A DNA stretch of 56,975 bases from a virus. Position 1 is the first letter of the stretch; every line of letters begins with the position of its first letter. Positions 34,429 through 42,198 of the stretch are shown one piece after another. The translations under genes were made by a program, and so were the position numbers. Below the pieces are notes generated by a model. The model was not told where the DNA came from and made no database searches. It worked only from the letters and a program-made list of their open reading frames with translations. The stretch covers positions 1-56,975 of IMG/VR virus record IMGVR_UViG_3300020152_000003. One strand, given 5' to 3'.

Positions 34429-34568
34429 AGCGAGATATTCGCCGACGATGGGGCTTCAAATCCAAAAAACAGCTCCCGCTTTTTATGATCTGGGATGAAG
34501 AATGGCACGAGGGAGAGGTCGTCTTCGCCTGGGTCATCTTCAACAGTCGCGATTGGATCGGGCTTTGA
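34425..34568 (+). CDS. Hypothetical micro-protein (47 aa)
   Basis: MKRDIRRRWGFKSKKQLPLFMIWDEEWHEGEVVFAWVIFNSRDWIGL. ATGA overlap. Confidence 0.4.
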   Translation: MKRDIRRRWGFKSKKQLPLFMIWDEEWHEGEVVFAWVIFNSRDWIGL

Positions 34569-34583
34569 AACATATCCCACAGG

Positions 34584-34835
34584 ATGGAGCGGCTAATGGC
34601 TGACTTCTGCCCTCATTGTTCCGCTGATCTCTGGGGCGGCCCAATCCCGGAAGAAATCCGGCAACACTATTCGCCGCCGTATCGCTGGCGTCGGGACATC
34701 AGCATTTATGATCGCGCGTCGGATCGCACCATCGCGTTTGAATGCCCCGATTGCCACAAGCGATGGTCTGCCAGCTCGACGGTCTCCGACGCCGCTGTGC
34801 AGCACATTTCCCAAGTACGAGAGGCTGACCAATGA
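34584..34835 (+). CDS. Zn-ribbon protein (83 aa)
   Basis: CPHC...CPDC motif pair. Confidence 0.5.
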   Translation: MERLMADFCPHCSADLWGGPIPEEIRQHYSPPYRWRRDISIYDRASDRTIAFECPDCHKRWSASSTVSDAAVQHISQVREADQ

Positions 34836-35644
34836 AGGCGAAAAAGCCCTTCGCGACAGAGGCCGATCTTTGCGCGCGGTTCATCGGCGCGATCGATAAG
34901 GGCTGGACTGCATACGCGGAAACGGCCGGTTGGGACATCCTATTGGTCCGCAACGAAGACGGATTTCAGATCGGCATCGAGGCCAAGCTGAAGCTGAACC
35001 TGCATGTCATTAACCAGGCTCTGGAGGATTCCATTCATTGGGTCGGACATGCGGGGCCGGACTGCCGCGCCGTGCTGGTCCCCGACAACGAAGCCGGATT
35101 CGAAAAGATTGCGGCCTATATCGGTCTCACGATTATCAGGGTCCGGCCGCCCTATGAACGCGGCGTCTCCGGCCCGACCTTCACGCCATATCTCCCGAGA
35201 ATAAAGGACGGCTGGTCTCACTCGGAATGGCATGAATGGTGCCCGACGAAGCGCCACACGCTGCCTGATTATGTCCCAGATGTCGCCGCCGGTTCGTCAG
35301 CGCCGATCCAGTTGACGGCGTGGAAGATTGCCGCGATCAAGATTGCCGTCACGCTGGAGCAGCGCGGCTACGTCACACGTGACGACTTCAAGGCTCACAA
35401 GATCGATCACCGCCGCTGGCTGACGCCGAACGGATGGCTTCGCAATGAGGGCGGTCGATACGTTGCCGCGGCCATGCCGGATTTTCGCGCGCAGCATCCG
35501 AGGGTCTTTGAGGAGGTCGCGGCTGATGCAGCGAAATGGCTACCCCAGATCACGCCGCCGCTTCTGGCGCCGAAGCAGGCCGACGCCTTCGCACACCTTC
35601 ACGATGTGCTGCGTTCAGACGAAAACACCGCACAAAAAACGTGA
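34832..35644 (+). CDS. Putative PD-(D/E)XK-fold nuclease-like protein (270 aa)
   Basis: N-terminal GWDILLVRNEDGFQIGIEAKLKLN fits the D...E-x-K pattern. Inference only. Confidence 0.4.
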   Translation: MKAKKPFATEADLCARFIGAIDKGWTAYAETAGWDILLVRNEDGFQIGIEAKLKLNLHVINQALEDSIHWVGHAGPDCRAVLVPDNEAGFEKIAAYIGLTIIRVRPPYERGVSGPTFTPYLPRIKDGWSHSEWHEWCPTKRHTLPDYVPDVAAGSSAPIQLTAWKIAAIKIAVTLEQRGYVTRDDFKAHKIDHRRWLTPNGWLRNEGGRYVAAAMPDFRAQHPRVFEEVAADAAKWLPQITPPLLAPKQADAFAHLHDVLRSDENTAQKT

Positions 35645-35666
35645 GTGGCGTTTTTCCGAAATCGAT

Positions 35667-35695
35667 TTGATGAGCAGTTAGAAATCTGGTAGATT
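35667..35695 (+). promoter_or_regulatory. Candidate sigma70-type promoter for the xis-like/int pair, predicting a leaderless mRNA
   Basis: TTGATG, a 17-nt spacer, then TAGATT. The -10 element ends 6 nt before ATG 35702. Confidence 0.45.
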
Positions 35696-35701
35696 GTAGC
35701 A

Positions 35702-35887
35702 ATGAGCCGCACCCCCGCACGCATCACGCAAGCCGACGTCGCTCGAGCCATTCGAGCGGCGCAGCAATGTGGCGCGGGGCAGGTTCGCGTGCTCCCGGAC
35801 GGCTCCATTGCCATCGACCTGACCACTGGGAAGACCGTGGACAATCGGGCTCTCGAGGTTGAAGATGACGAGGAGGTCGTACTTTGA
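35702..35887 (+). CDS. Small protein upstream of int (61 aa), possible excisionase or directionality factor by position
   Basis: ORF overlapping the int start (TGATG). Confidence 0.45.
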   Translation: MSRTPARITQADVARAIRAAQQCGAGQVRVLPDGSIAIDLTTGKTVDNRALEVEDDEEVVL

Positions 35888-36963
35888 TGGACGACATGCC
35901 CCGTCCCCGCCCGCCGCATCTACATCGTGAGCACAACCGCCACGGCAAACCCGTCTGGTATGTCCGGAAGGGCAAGGGCGAGCGCATCAGGATCAAGCAC
36001 GAATACGGCACGCCAGAGTTCACCGAAGCCTATGAGGCGGCGATAGCCGGCCAGACCGTGAAGCCTGCTGAGAGGGCCGCCAAGGGCTCGCTCGAGTGGC
36101 TGTGGATGCTCTACCGGCAGACCAGCGCATGGACCGACCTTTCCATGGCGACCCGCCGCCAGCGCGAGAACATCATGCGCGGCGTCCTCAAGACCGGCGG
36201 CAACCAGCCTCTATCCAAGATCACCGGGAAGGTGATCAAGGCCGGCATCGATCGCCGCAAGGGGCACGCGGCCAGGCATTTCCTCGACACCATGAAGGGC
36301 CTCTACAAGTGGGCTCTCGAGGCCGAGCATGTGAAGCTGGACCCGACCGCTGGCAAAGCCGTAGCGAAGCCGAAAACCAAGGGCTTCCCGGTTTGGGAGG
36401 AGGAGGAGATCATCCAATTTGAGAAGCGCTGGCCTCGAGGCACGCGCGAGCGGGTGATGTTTGACATCTACTGCTACACCGGCCTGCGCCGTGGCGATGC
36501 GGCGGCACTCGGAAAGCAGCACATCAAGAACGGCGTGATCAGCATCGACACCGAGAAAACCGGAACCCGCGTCACCATTCCTGTGCTCGATGTATTGAGG
36601 CAGACGCTCGATGCTGGACCAACCGGGGATCTGGCGTTCATCGCTACTAAGAAAGGCGATCGGCTGACCAAGGAGAGCGTCGGGAATGCCTTCCGGGATG
36701 CCTGCCGCGCCGCCGGCATCAAGAAATCAGCCCATGGCCTGCGTAAGGCCGCGGCGACCAGGGCGGCGAACAACGGCGCCACGGAAGCTCAGCTCGAGGC
36801 GATCTTCGGCTGGGAGGGCGGGAAGATGGCCTCGCTCTACACCCGGACGGCCAACCGGCAGAAGCTGGCTACGGGCGCCATGAACACGCTCGAGAGAACC
36901 GAACCGGAAACTTCTATTCCCGCACCTCAGGGGCAGGTGCGGGCCTCAGGCCAAAAAGAGTAA
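35887..36963 (+). CDS. int: Tyrosine integrase (358 aa)
   Basis: Box I YTGLRRGD; HGLRKAAATRAAN (H-x-x-R); nucleophile in MASLYTRTA. Confidence 0.85.
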   Translation: MDDMPRPRPPHLHREHNRHGKPVWYVRKGKGERIRIKHEYGTPEFTEAYEAAIAGQTVKPAERAAKGSLEWLWMLYRQTSAWTDLSMATRRQRENIMRGVLKTGGNQPLSKITGKVIKAGIDRRKGHAARHFLDTMKGLYKWALEAEHVKLDPTAGKAVAKPKTKGFPVWEEEEIIQFEKRWPRGTRERVMFDIYCYTGLRRGDAAALGKQHIKNGVISIDTEKTGTRVTIPVLDVLRQTLDAGPTGDLAFIATKKGDRLTKESVGNAFRDACRAAGIKKSAHGLRKAAATRAANNGATEAQLEAIFGWEGGKMASLYTRTANRQKLATGAMNTLERTEPETSIPAPQGQVRASGQKE

Positions 36964-36982
36964 CAATATCAACGTCAAAATT

Positions 36983-37027
36983 TGAAGATGGTGGGGGAGG
37001 CAGATGTGGAACTCCCAAGCATCTTCA
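36983..37027 (+). other. Compound hairpin 20 nt after the int stop (terminator-like or attP-core candidate)
   Basis: TGAAGATG...CATCTTCA encloses GGGAG...CTCCC. No U-tract. Confidence 0.3.
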
Positions 37028-37052
37028 GCAACATAGCGGAAGGTGCGGGCAA

Positions 37053-37604
37053 ATGGACGACATTGAAGCCAAAAAGGAATTTTCAGAGGCGCCCGCACCT
37101 AGCGGGCATCCGGGCTGGGTCTACTTTGTGCGCGCCGGCAGGGCGATCAAGATCGGATACAGCATCGGGGTTCCCAGCCGACTTTCGACTCTTCAGACGG
37201 GCCATTACCAGGAGCTCGAGCTGCTCGTGCAGGTCCCTGGATCACTGCGCGACGAGCGCCGATACCACTTCCTCTTCCGGGCCTTCAAAATCAGGCGCGA
37301 GTGGTTCCGCTCTTGCGACCCGATCTTGGCTGAAGTCGAGCACCTGAAGCGCTACGGGAAACCATCCAAGAAGCCGATCGACGCATTCAAGCCCGAACCG
37401 AAGCCTGAGCGTAGCCCGCTTCTCTATTCGTTGGACTGCAAGTCGCGTCGTGCGCCGAACAAGACTGAACGGATGAAGATCGAACTGCGGATGGCGATGA
37501 TCCGTGACGGCACCGCCGCCGCCTTCGCGGCTCGGCAAGATGCTCTGTTGGGGGTAAAGCCGCGTATTCGGGTGCAGGCGATTACGAGCGAACGCCACAC
37601 CTGA
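37053..37604 (+). CDS. T5orf172 / GIY-YIG-superfamily domain protein (183 aa)
   Basis: GWVYFVRAGRAIKIGYSIGVPSRLSTLQTGHYQELELL...ERRYHFLFRAFKIRREWF. Confidence 0.65.
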   Translation: MDDIEAKKEFSEAPAPSGHPGWVYFVRAGRAIKIGYSIGVPSRLSTLQTGHYQELELLVQVPGSLRDERRYHFLFRAFKIRREWFRSCDPILAEVEHLKRYGKPSKKPIDAFKPEPKPERSPLLYSLDCKSRRAPNKTERMKIELRMAMIRDGTAAAFAARQDALLGVKPRIRVQAITSERHT

Positions 37605-37695
37605 GGAAATACCGGCGTGCCTTTGAAATCATTGGGTTTGTCCAGTCATCAGTTGAGGATTTGGGCATCTAGGGAATTTATCGGAGGACTGTCAA

Positions 37696-37926
37696 TTGAC
37701 CCACGTTTGCACCACGTTTCCATGCCGCCGGACGGCCGGAGGGTGCCCGCTGTGCGACCCCCACCAGGGGCCGTTTCTGACGTTGCCACCGACCCCGGTA
37801 TTCCATCCGCCCGGCTGCATTTGCCCACCGACGTCTGAGAAGACTTGCGAGAACCCGACGTGCCCGCGGAAGGGTATCCGGATCAGCGCGTCAGGGGTGG
37901 CCCCCAAGACGGAGGTGGCGCTGTGA
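37696..37926 (+). CDS. Cys/Pro-rich small protein (76 aa)
   Basis: TTG start 7 nt after GGAGGA (37683-88). The stop forms a GTGA overlap with the next gene. 9 Cys residues. Confidence 0.35.
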   Translation: MTHVCTTFPCRRTAGGCPLCDPHQGPFLTLPPTPVFHPPGCICPPTSEKTCENPTCPRKGIRISASGVAPKTEVAL

Positions 37927-38201
37927 GCGAGCACGATCTTCTCATGAAATCGCTTATCGCATCTGGTGCCGTCGTCGAGACGCTGGGCGGCTGGCAAAAG
38001 ATGGGAACGGCGCCAACTGATCGCCCGTTCCTCGGATACCAGGCAACACCGGGCGACTTCGAAGGGCAGATGCAGGTTTGCTGGGCCGTGAAGACCCCCA
38101 GTGGAAACTTCTACTGGATTGGCGCTGGTGGCCTCATGCCCACCCACTGGATGCCCCTCCCCGCCCCTCCCGTCGAGGCCAAGAGCGAGGTGGTGGGATG
38201 A
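37923..38201 (+). CDS. DUF551-like protein (92 aa; alternative ATG at 37944)
   Basis: WQKMGTAPTDRPFLGY...PTHWMPLPAPP. Confidence 0.5.
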   Translation: MSEHDLLMKSLIASGAVVETLGGWQKMGTAPTDRPFLGYQATPGDFEGQMQVCWAVKTPSGNFYWIGAGGLMPTHWMPLPAPPVEAKSEVVG

Positions 38202-38347
38202 GCCACGCAGTCGCCGTTCTAGCCACCATCATCATCTCCGCGCTCGTCTTCAGCGGCTTGGATCTGGAGGTGAAGAAGGACTACGCCAAGGCAGGGTACA
38301 TCGTGATCGACAAGCAGGCTTACCGCCTGGTGCCGGTCGCGCCCTAA
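38198..38347 (+). CDS. TM micro-protein (49 aa)
   Basis: MSHAVAVLATIIISALVFSGLDLEVKKDY... ATGA overlap. Confidence 0.45.
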   Translation: MSHAVAVLATIIISALVFSGLDLEVKKDYAKAGYIVIDKQAYRLVPVAP

Positions 38348-38372
38348 CGCCGCACCAACCGGAGGTACGAAG

Positions 38373-38591
38373 ATGAAAGACGAAGACGACGAAACAGCGG
38401 AATTCGTGGAGAAGATGATGCGCGACGTGATGAAGAAGCCTGAGATCGTAGCTGAGACTGTTGCCAAGGCAATCCGAGAGGCGGAGCACGCCGAAGGCCA
38501 TTGCGACGATAGCGACACCTACGTGAGCTATCTGCCGGCGGCCAGAGCGGCACTCGCCGCCTACCACGACTACATACGCCGCCATTCATGA
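38373..38591 (+). CDS. Hypothetical acidic protein (72 aa)
   Basis: ORF with a GGAGG RBS. Confidence 0.5.
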   Translation: MKDEDDETAEFVEKMMRDVMKKPEIVAETVAKAIREAEHAEGHCDDSDTYVSYLPAARAALAAYHDYIRRHS

Positions 38592-38606
38592 ACCGGATGG
38601 ACGAAG

Positions 38607-38774
38607 ATGAGAGAACAGCCGCCTATCGGTTTTTGGTTTGATTCCGACGAGATCGAACAGAAGGCAATGGCCGAGTTGAAGGACGAGCACTTTCGCCGGA
38701 TAGTAAACGAGCGAAAGGCTTACCTGAATGGCAAGGAACCATCCTGGTGGCGCAAGCTGCTTCGACTCACATGA
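38607..38774 (+). CDS. Hypothetical micro-protein (55 aa)
   Basis: MREQPPIGFWFDSDEIEQKAMAELKDEHFRRIVNERKAYLNGKEPSWWRKLLRLT. Confidence 0.4.
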   Translation: MREQPPIGFWFDSDEIEQKAMAELKDEHFRRIVNERKAYLNGKEPSWWRKLLRLT

Positions 38775-38971
38775 AAGTGATGGAGAGACAAATGGCAGAT
38801 CGCAAAGGTGACGAAGCCAAGCGGCCGGTGGAGTGCGGACGACGCGAGGGGCTGTATGGCGTTTGCCAGCACCTCAAGGAGACAAGCAGCAATTCCGACA
38901 TGGACGGCGAGACCTACGATTGTGCCGTCTGCGGTGAGCACTACCGCCTGCACTACGAAGACATGGCCTAG
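38771..38971 (+). CDS. Zn-ribbon-like protein (66 aa)
   Basis: MKVMERQ...CGRREGLYGVCQH...YDCAVCGEHY. ATGA overlap. Confidence 0.45.
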   Translation: MKVMERQMADRKGDEAKRPVECGRREGLYGVCQHLKETSSNSDMDGETYDCAVCGEHYRLHYEDMA

Positions 38972-39000
38972 CCACCCGCATCTGGAATGGGAGCGAAGAG

Positions 39001-39426
39001 ATGAATACCGAAAATATCGTAGAGCTTGAGAGCTTGGTCGGCGAGCACGTTTTGGACGGGGTCGATCTGTTTTCCGACAACATCAAGGCGACTTGGGGTG
39101 ATTCATTCGAGCATTGCGAGATGATCCGCTTTCGCCTTGACGGCAAAGTCTATACGGCGATCGAGAACCCGGACGACGGCTACCGCAGCTCGATGCGGGG
39201 CCTCTACCTCACCGACGACGCCGTGAAGAACGCCTTCCCGCCGGTCAAGGTGCTTGCGCGGATGAAGAACCAGGGCGAGTACGGTCAGTCCAACGACACG
39301 CTACAGCTCGTCGATATGGTGACGGGCAAGATCGTTCTCGAAGCCGGGACCGACAACACCGACGACTATTATCCGTGGTTCGTTGGCGCCTTCTTCCCGG
39401 AGTGCATGGCGACTAACGCAGCCTGA
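39001..39426 (+). CDS. Hypothetical protein (141 aa)
   Basis: Clean ORF with globular composition. Confidence 0.55.
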   Translation: MNTENIVELESLVGEHVLDGVDLFSDNIKATWGDSFEHCEMIRFRLDGKVYTAIENPDDGYRSSMRGLYLTDDAVKNAFPPVKVLARMKNQGEYGQSNDTLQLVDMVTGKIVLEAGTDNTDDYYPWFVGAFFPECMATNAA

Positions 39427-39446
39427 CTCACATATAGGAGGGGCGA

Positions 39447-39650
39447 ATGCCCGCAAAGACCTACGTTTTGAAGGCCGCCACCGATGATCCGCAACTACTG
39501 ATGCGGGATCTGATCGCGATCGAGATGCGCGCAAACGCCCTTGGCCTGTACCCGGCCGCGCGGGCGCTGAACAACGCCAAGAACGCGATCGGCTGGCAGC
39601 TCGCCGGCAATCTTGAGCAGGCCGACCGAGCATCAACCCACCGCGACTAG
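39447..39650 (+). CDS. Hypothetical protein (67 aa)
   Basis: ORF with an AGGAGG RBS. Confidence 0.5.
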   Translation: MPAKTYVLKAATDDPQLLMRDLIAIEMRANALGLYPAARALNNAKNAIGWQLAGNLEQADRASTHRD

Positions 39651-39681
39651 GTTGTCGCCCATTGGAAGGAAGTATCTGACG

Positions 39682-39864
39682 GTGAGCTACATAATCCTGA
39701 CCCGCAATCCACGCAGCAAAAAGCTGATACCCGTGGTCAATGACGACGGCCAGACAGTGGCCGAGTTCAAGTCTGAAGCGGAGGCGCTAGATGCAGCTTC
39801 TGACACGACCGTCTGCAGGGCGTGGGGTTACGACGTGATCGAAGTTCCGACGCCCACAGACTGA
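39682..39864 (+). CDS. Hypothetical protein (60 aa)
   Basis: GTG start after GGAAGGA. Sequence VSYIILTRNPRSKKLIPVVNDDGQTVAEF... Confidence 0.4.
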   Translation: MSYIILTRNPRSKKLIPVVNDDGQTVAEFKSEAEALDAASDTTVCRAWGYDVIEVPTPTD

Positions 39865-39891
39865 CTCACATGAAAGATATTGGAGAGACCG

Positions 39892-40095
39892 ATGAGTTTG
39901 ATCGATGACATTCCCCAGCTCCGTCGCGGTCGCGTGTGGTGCACTGAGTGCGGCAGGACCATGAAGGTCAACAGCGGGCTTTGCATGGAGTCCGGATGGC
40001 CAAAATGCTGCGGCTACACCATGACGATCGATAGCCCGGCAGAGCGAGAGCGCGGGCCGACTCACTCGAATGGTGTGAGGCAGTCCGATGGGTAA
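39892..40095 (+). CDS. Zn-finger protein (67 aa)
   Basis: MSLIDDIPQLRRGRVWCTECGRTMKV...WPKCCGYTM. GGAGAGA RBS. Confidence 0.5.
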   Translation: MSLIDDIPQLRRGRVWCTECGRTMKVNSGLCMESGWPKCCGYTMTIDSPAERERGPTHSNGVRQSDG

Positions 40096-40348
40096 CGTAA
40101 CCGCCGAATGGCACCGAATGATGATTGAGATTTGCCCCTTCCGCGTCGGCCAGCGAGTGACCGTTTCTCCGACATGTCAGTACGCGGCAGAATGGCCGGA
40201 TCAATACGTCATCACAGGCATCCGATGGGAGTACAAAGACGGGGCCAAGATCAACATCTCGATTGCGCATGATGATGAGATTATCAAGCGCTATGGCGAC
40301 ACCGACGGGTGGCGTCCGGTGGACCTGTTGCCAGTCACCCGCACATGA
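40088..40348 (+). CDS. Hypothetical protein (86 aa)
   Basis: ORF overlapping the upstream stop. Confidence 0.5.
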   Translation: MGNVTAEWHRMMIEICPFRVGQRVTVSPTCQYAAEWPDQYVITGIRWEYKDGAKINISIAHDDEIIKRYGDTDGWRPVDLLPVTRT

Positions 40349-40527
40349 GCAGTCACGGAGCCAGCCATATGGAAGCGAACCAGTTGAAAGACCCGCGAGA
40401 CGTGATTCTAGACCTAGTCGAGGGCGGCTTGCTACTGCTGCTTGACGCGGTGAAGGCTGGTGATCCGCAGCGCGAGATCATATGGCGCATCGAGGAAGAA
40501 TTGCGCCAGGTACGTCGGCGCAGCTAA
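40345..40527 (+). CDS. Hypothetical protein (60 aa)
   Basis: ATGA overlap. Sequence MSSHGASHMEANQLKDPRDVILDLVEGG... Confidence 0.45.
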   Translation: MSSHGASHMEANQLKDPRDVILDLVEGGLLLLLDAVKAGDPQREIIWRIEEELRQVRRRS

Positions 40528-40683
40528 GCGAACATCGAGACTGGGTTTGTACCAGAAGCCGCAAGGCTCCCACGCTCCCAGCCGTGAGACTCCCGAGCAA
40601 GACGGGCGTTGAAGGTCGGCGACAAAGGCGGGTTGGTGACAGCCGGAAAGACGGTACCACACAGTTGGGCAAGGAGTGAGGAA

Positions 40684-40938
40684 GTGAAACAGGCGATAAT
40701 GCTAACTGACATGAAAACAGGCCAGCTTTATCCGGCTGGCGATTGGCCCCCTGGGAGTATCGATTCAGCTATGAGCACTCAAGAAAAGCTGGCCCTGATC
40801 CAGCACCACGCGCGCATGATAGCGTCGCTTGAAGCCAACGGCTTGCCAGATCGCAAGCAGCTGACTGATAGCGCGATCCGTATTGTCGAACTGCTGAATT
40901 CGATCCCGAAGGGGCAGCTGTCGGAGCACGACTCCTAA
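40684..40938 (+). CDS. Hypothetical protein (84 aa; the tracked ORF begins at 40609)
   Basis: GTG 40684 lies 7 nt after AAGGAG. Confidence 0.45.
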   Translation: MKQAIMLTDMKTGQLYPAGDWPPGSIDSAMSTQEKLALIQHHARMIASLEANGLPDRKQLTDSAIRIVELLNSIPKGQLSEHDS

Positions 40939-41090
40939 TGCACTGGATATACCTAGCCGGGTTGACGGCGGCGGTTATGATCACTGTCGGATTAGGCGTG
41001 CACCTCGGGGAGCGCTTGATAGATAGGATGCTTGGCGCGTCTCAAGAGAGCAACAAGCCGGTCGTCAAGCCACCTCCCCGGTCTCCCTGA
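40938..41090 (+). CDS. TM micro-protein (50 aa)
   Basis: MHWIYLAGLTAAVMITVGLGVHLGERLIDRM... TAATG overlap. Confidence 0.4.
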   Translation: MHWIYLAGLTAAVMITVGLGVHLGERLIDRMLGASQESNKPVVKPPPRSP

Positions 41091-41153
41091 GCCACCACCG
41101 TTAACCCTCTTTAGGGGCTAGGCGGGAGGGGCAACGTGGGGTAGTGGTGGGGG

Positions 41154-42194
41154 ATGTTTCAGCCGCGCAATATTATTGGCGCCGAGACGGCGACAAAACC
41201 GTATTACCCCGCGTTCGATTTCCTGAGAGCCGGCGCTGCGCTTGGCGTATTCCTGAGTCATGCTCAATTTCGCGATCTGCTCCCGCACGAATTCGGCAAC
41301 GCCTGCGTCCAAGTGTTCTTCGCGCTGAGCGGTTTCCTGATCGGTGGGATTCTTCTAGAAACCCGCCCGAAGGACCTGCCGAAGTTCTACTTCAACCGCA
41401 CTATGCGGATCTGGATCCCGTACTGGGTCGCGTTCACGATCATCTTTGCCCTCACCGCCGCAAAGCAAGGACTAGGTGACTCGAAGTTTTTCGAGTTCTT
41501 CTTTTACGATTTGACCTTCGTCTACAATTGGTTCGGACCGCCTCAGCTTGCCGAATTCCGGCACCGGATGCCTCTTGAGGGGACTGGTAATCACTTCTGG
41601 TCGATTTGCGTAGAGGAACAGTTCTATCTTTTAGCTCCGCTCTTTTTGATTTTCCTACCGCGCGTCGCGGCTGCTGTTGGCTTGCTCGCGCTGGTCGCTG
41701 TTAACTTCTGGCAACCCCACCACTTCGCCGCAATCTCTCTTGGTGTCATCGTTGCGCTCGCGGGTGAACGACGGTTAGTGGCTGGAGTTATGATGGCGTG
41801 CGCCGGATTGGTGGGCGCCCTCTTCTTCAGCTACGAGCAGTGGATGCCGTTCCTGTCCGCAGCAATCGTAGCGGCGTGCTCATGGCGAGGGCCGCAGTTG
41901 CCAGGAGGCGCGCTCTTAGGTGGCGCATCCTACGCGTTTTACCTGAATGGCTGGATAGGGTTGTTCATCGCCTCATCTCTTGAGCGCCGGATGGGCCTTC
42001 CCTCAACGGTCGGTTTTATGCTGGCGATTTCCGTGAGCTCGTTGATTGCCCTATCCCACTATCAGTTCATCGATCGCGAGATCATGAAACGACGCGGTCG
42101 ATATTTTTCTGATCGAGTCGGCTTGGTGTGTTGTGCCGCAGGCTTTTTGCTCGTGGCCTCCGGAGTCATGGGAGGCGTTTACTTCTTTAGATAG
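41154..42194 (+). CDS. Acyltransferase family 3 membrane protein (O-antigen/polysaccharide O-acetylase-like, 346 aa)
   Basis: FDFLRAGAALGVFLSH, VQVFFALSGFLIG and HFWSICVEEQFYLLAPL, with about 10 TM segments. Confidence 0.8.
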   Translation: MFQPRNIIGAETATKPYYPAFDFLRAGAALGVFLSHAQFRDLLPHEFGNACVQVFFALSGFLIGGILLETRPKDLPKFYFNRTMRIWIPYWVAFTIIFALTAAKQGLGDSKFFEFFFYDLTFVYNWFGPPQLAEFRHRMPLEGTGNHFWSICVEEQFYLLAPLFLIFLPRVAAAVGLLALVAVNFWQPHHFAAISLGVIVALAGERRLVAGVMMACAGLVGALFFSYEQWMPFLSAAIVAACSWRGPQLPGGALLGGASYAFYLNGWIGLFIASSLERRMGLPSTVGFMLAISVSSLIALSHYQFIDREIMKRRGRYFSDRVGLVCCAAGFLLVASGVMGGVYFFR

Positions 42195-42198
42195 ATCA

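Noticed and set aside
35641-35660. Rho-independent terminator after 34832-35644 (AAAACG...CGTTTTT)
   Set aside because: The stem is short and A/T-rich with a 7-nt loop, too weak to call. The T-run may simply be part of the AT-rich promoter region.
36985-37020. tRNA 3-prime-end fragment (TGGTGGGGGAGG...) as an attP core after int
   Set aside because: On the complementary reading the expected T-loop (GGTTCGAATCC-type) is absent; the sequence is tgtggaa. No acceptor/T-arm geometry can be drawn. Kept only as a hairpin.
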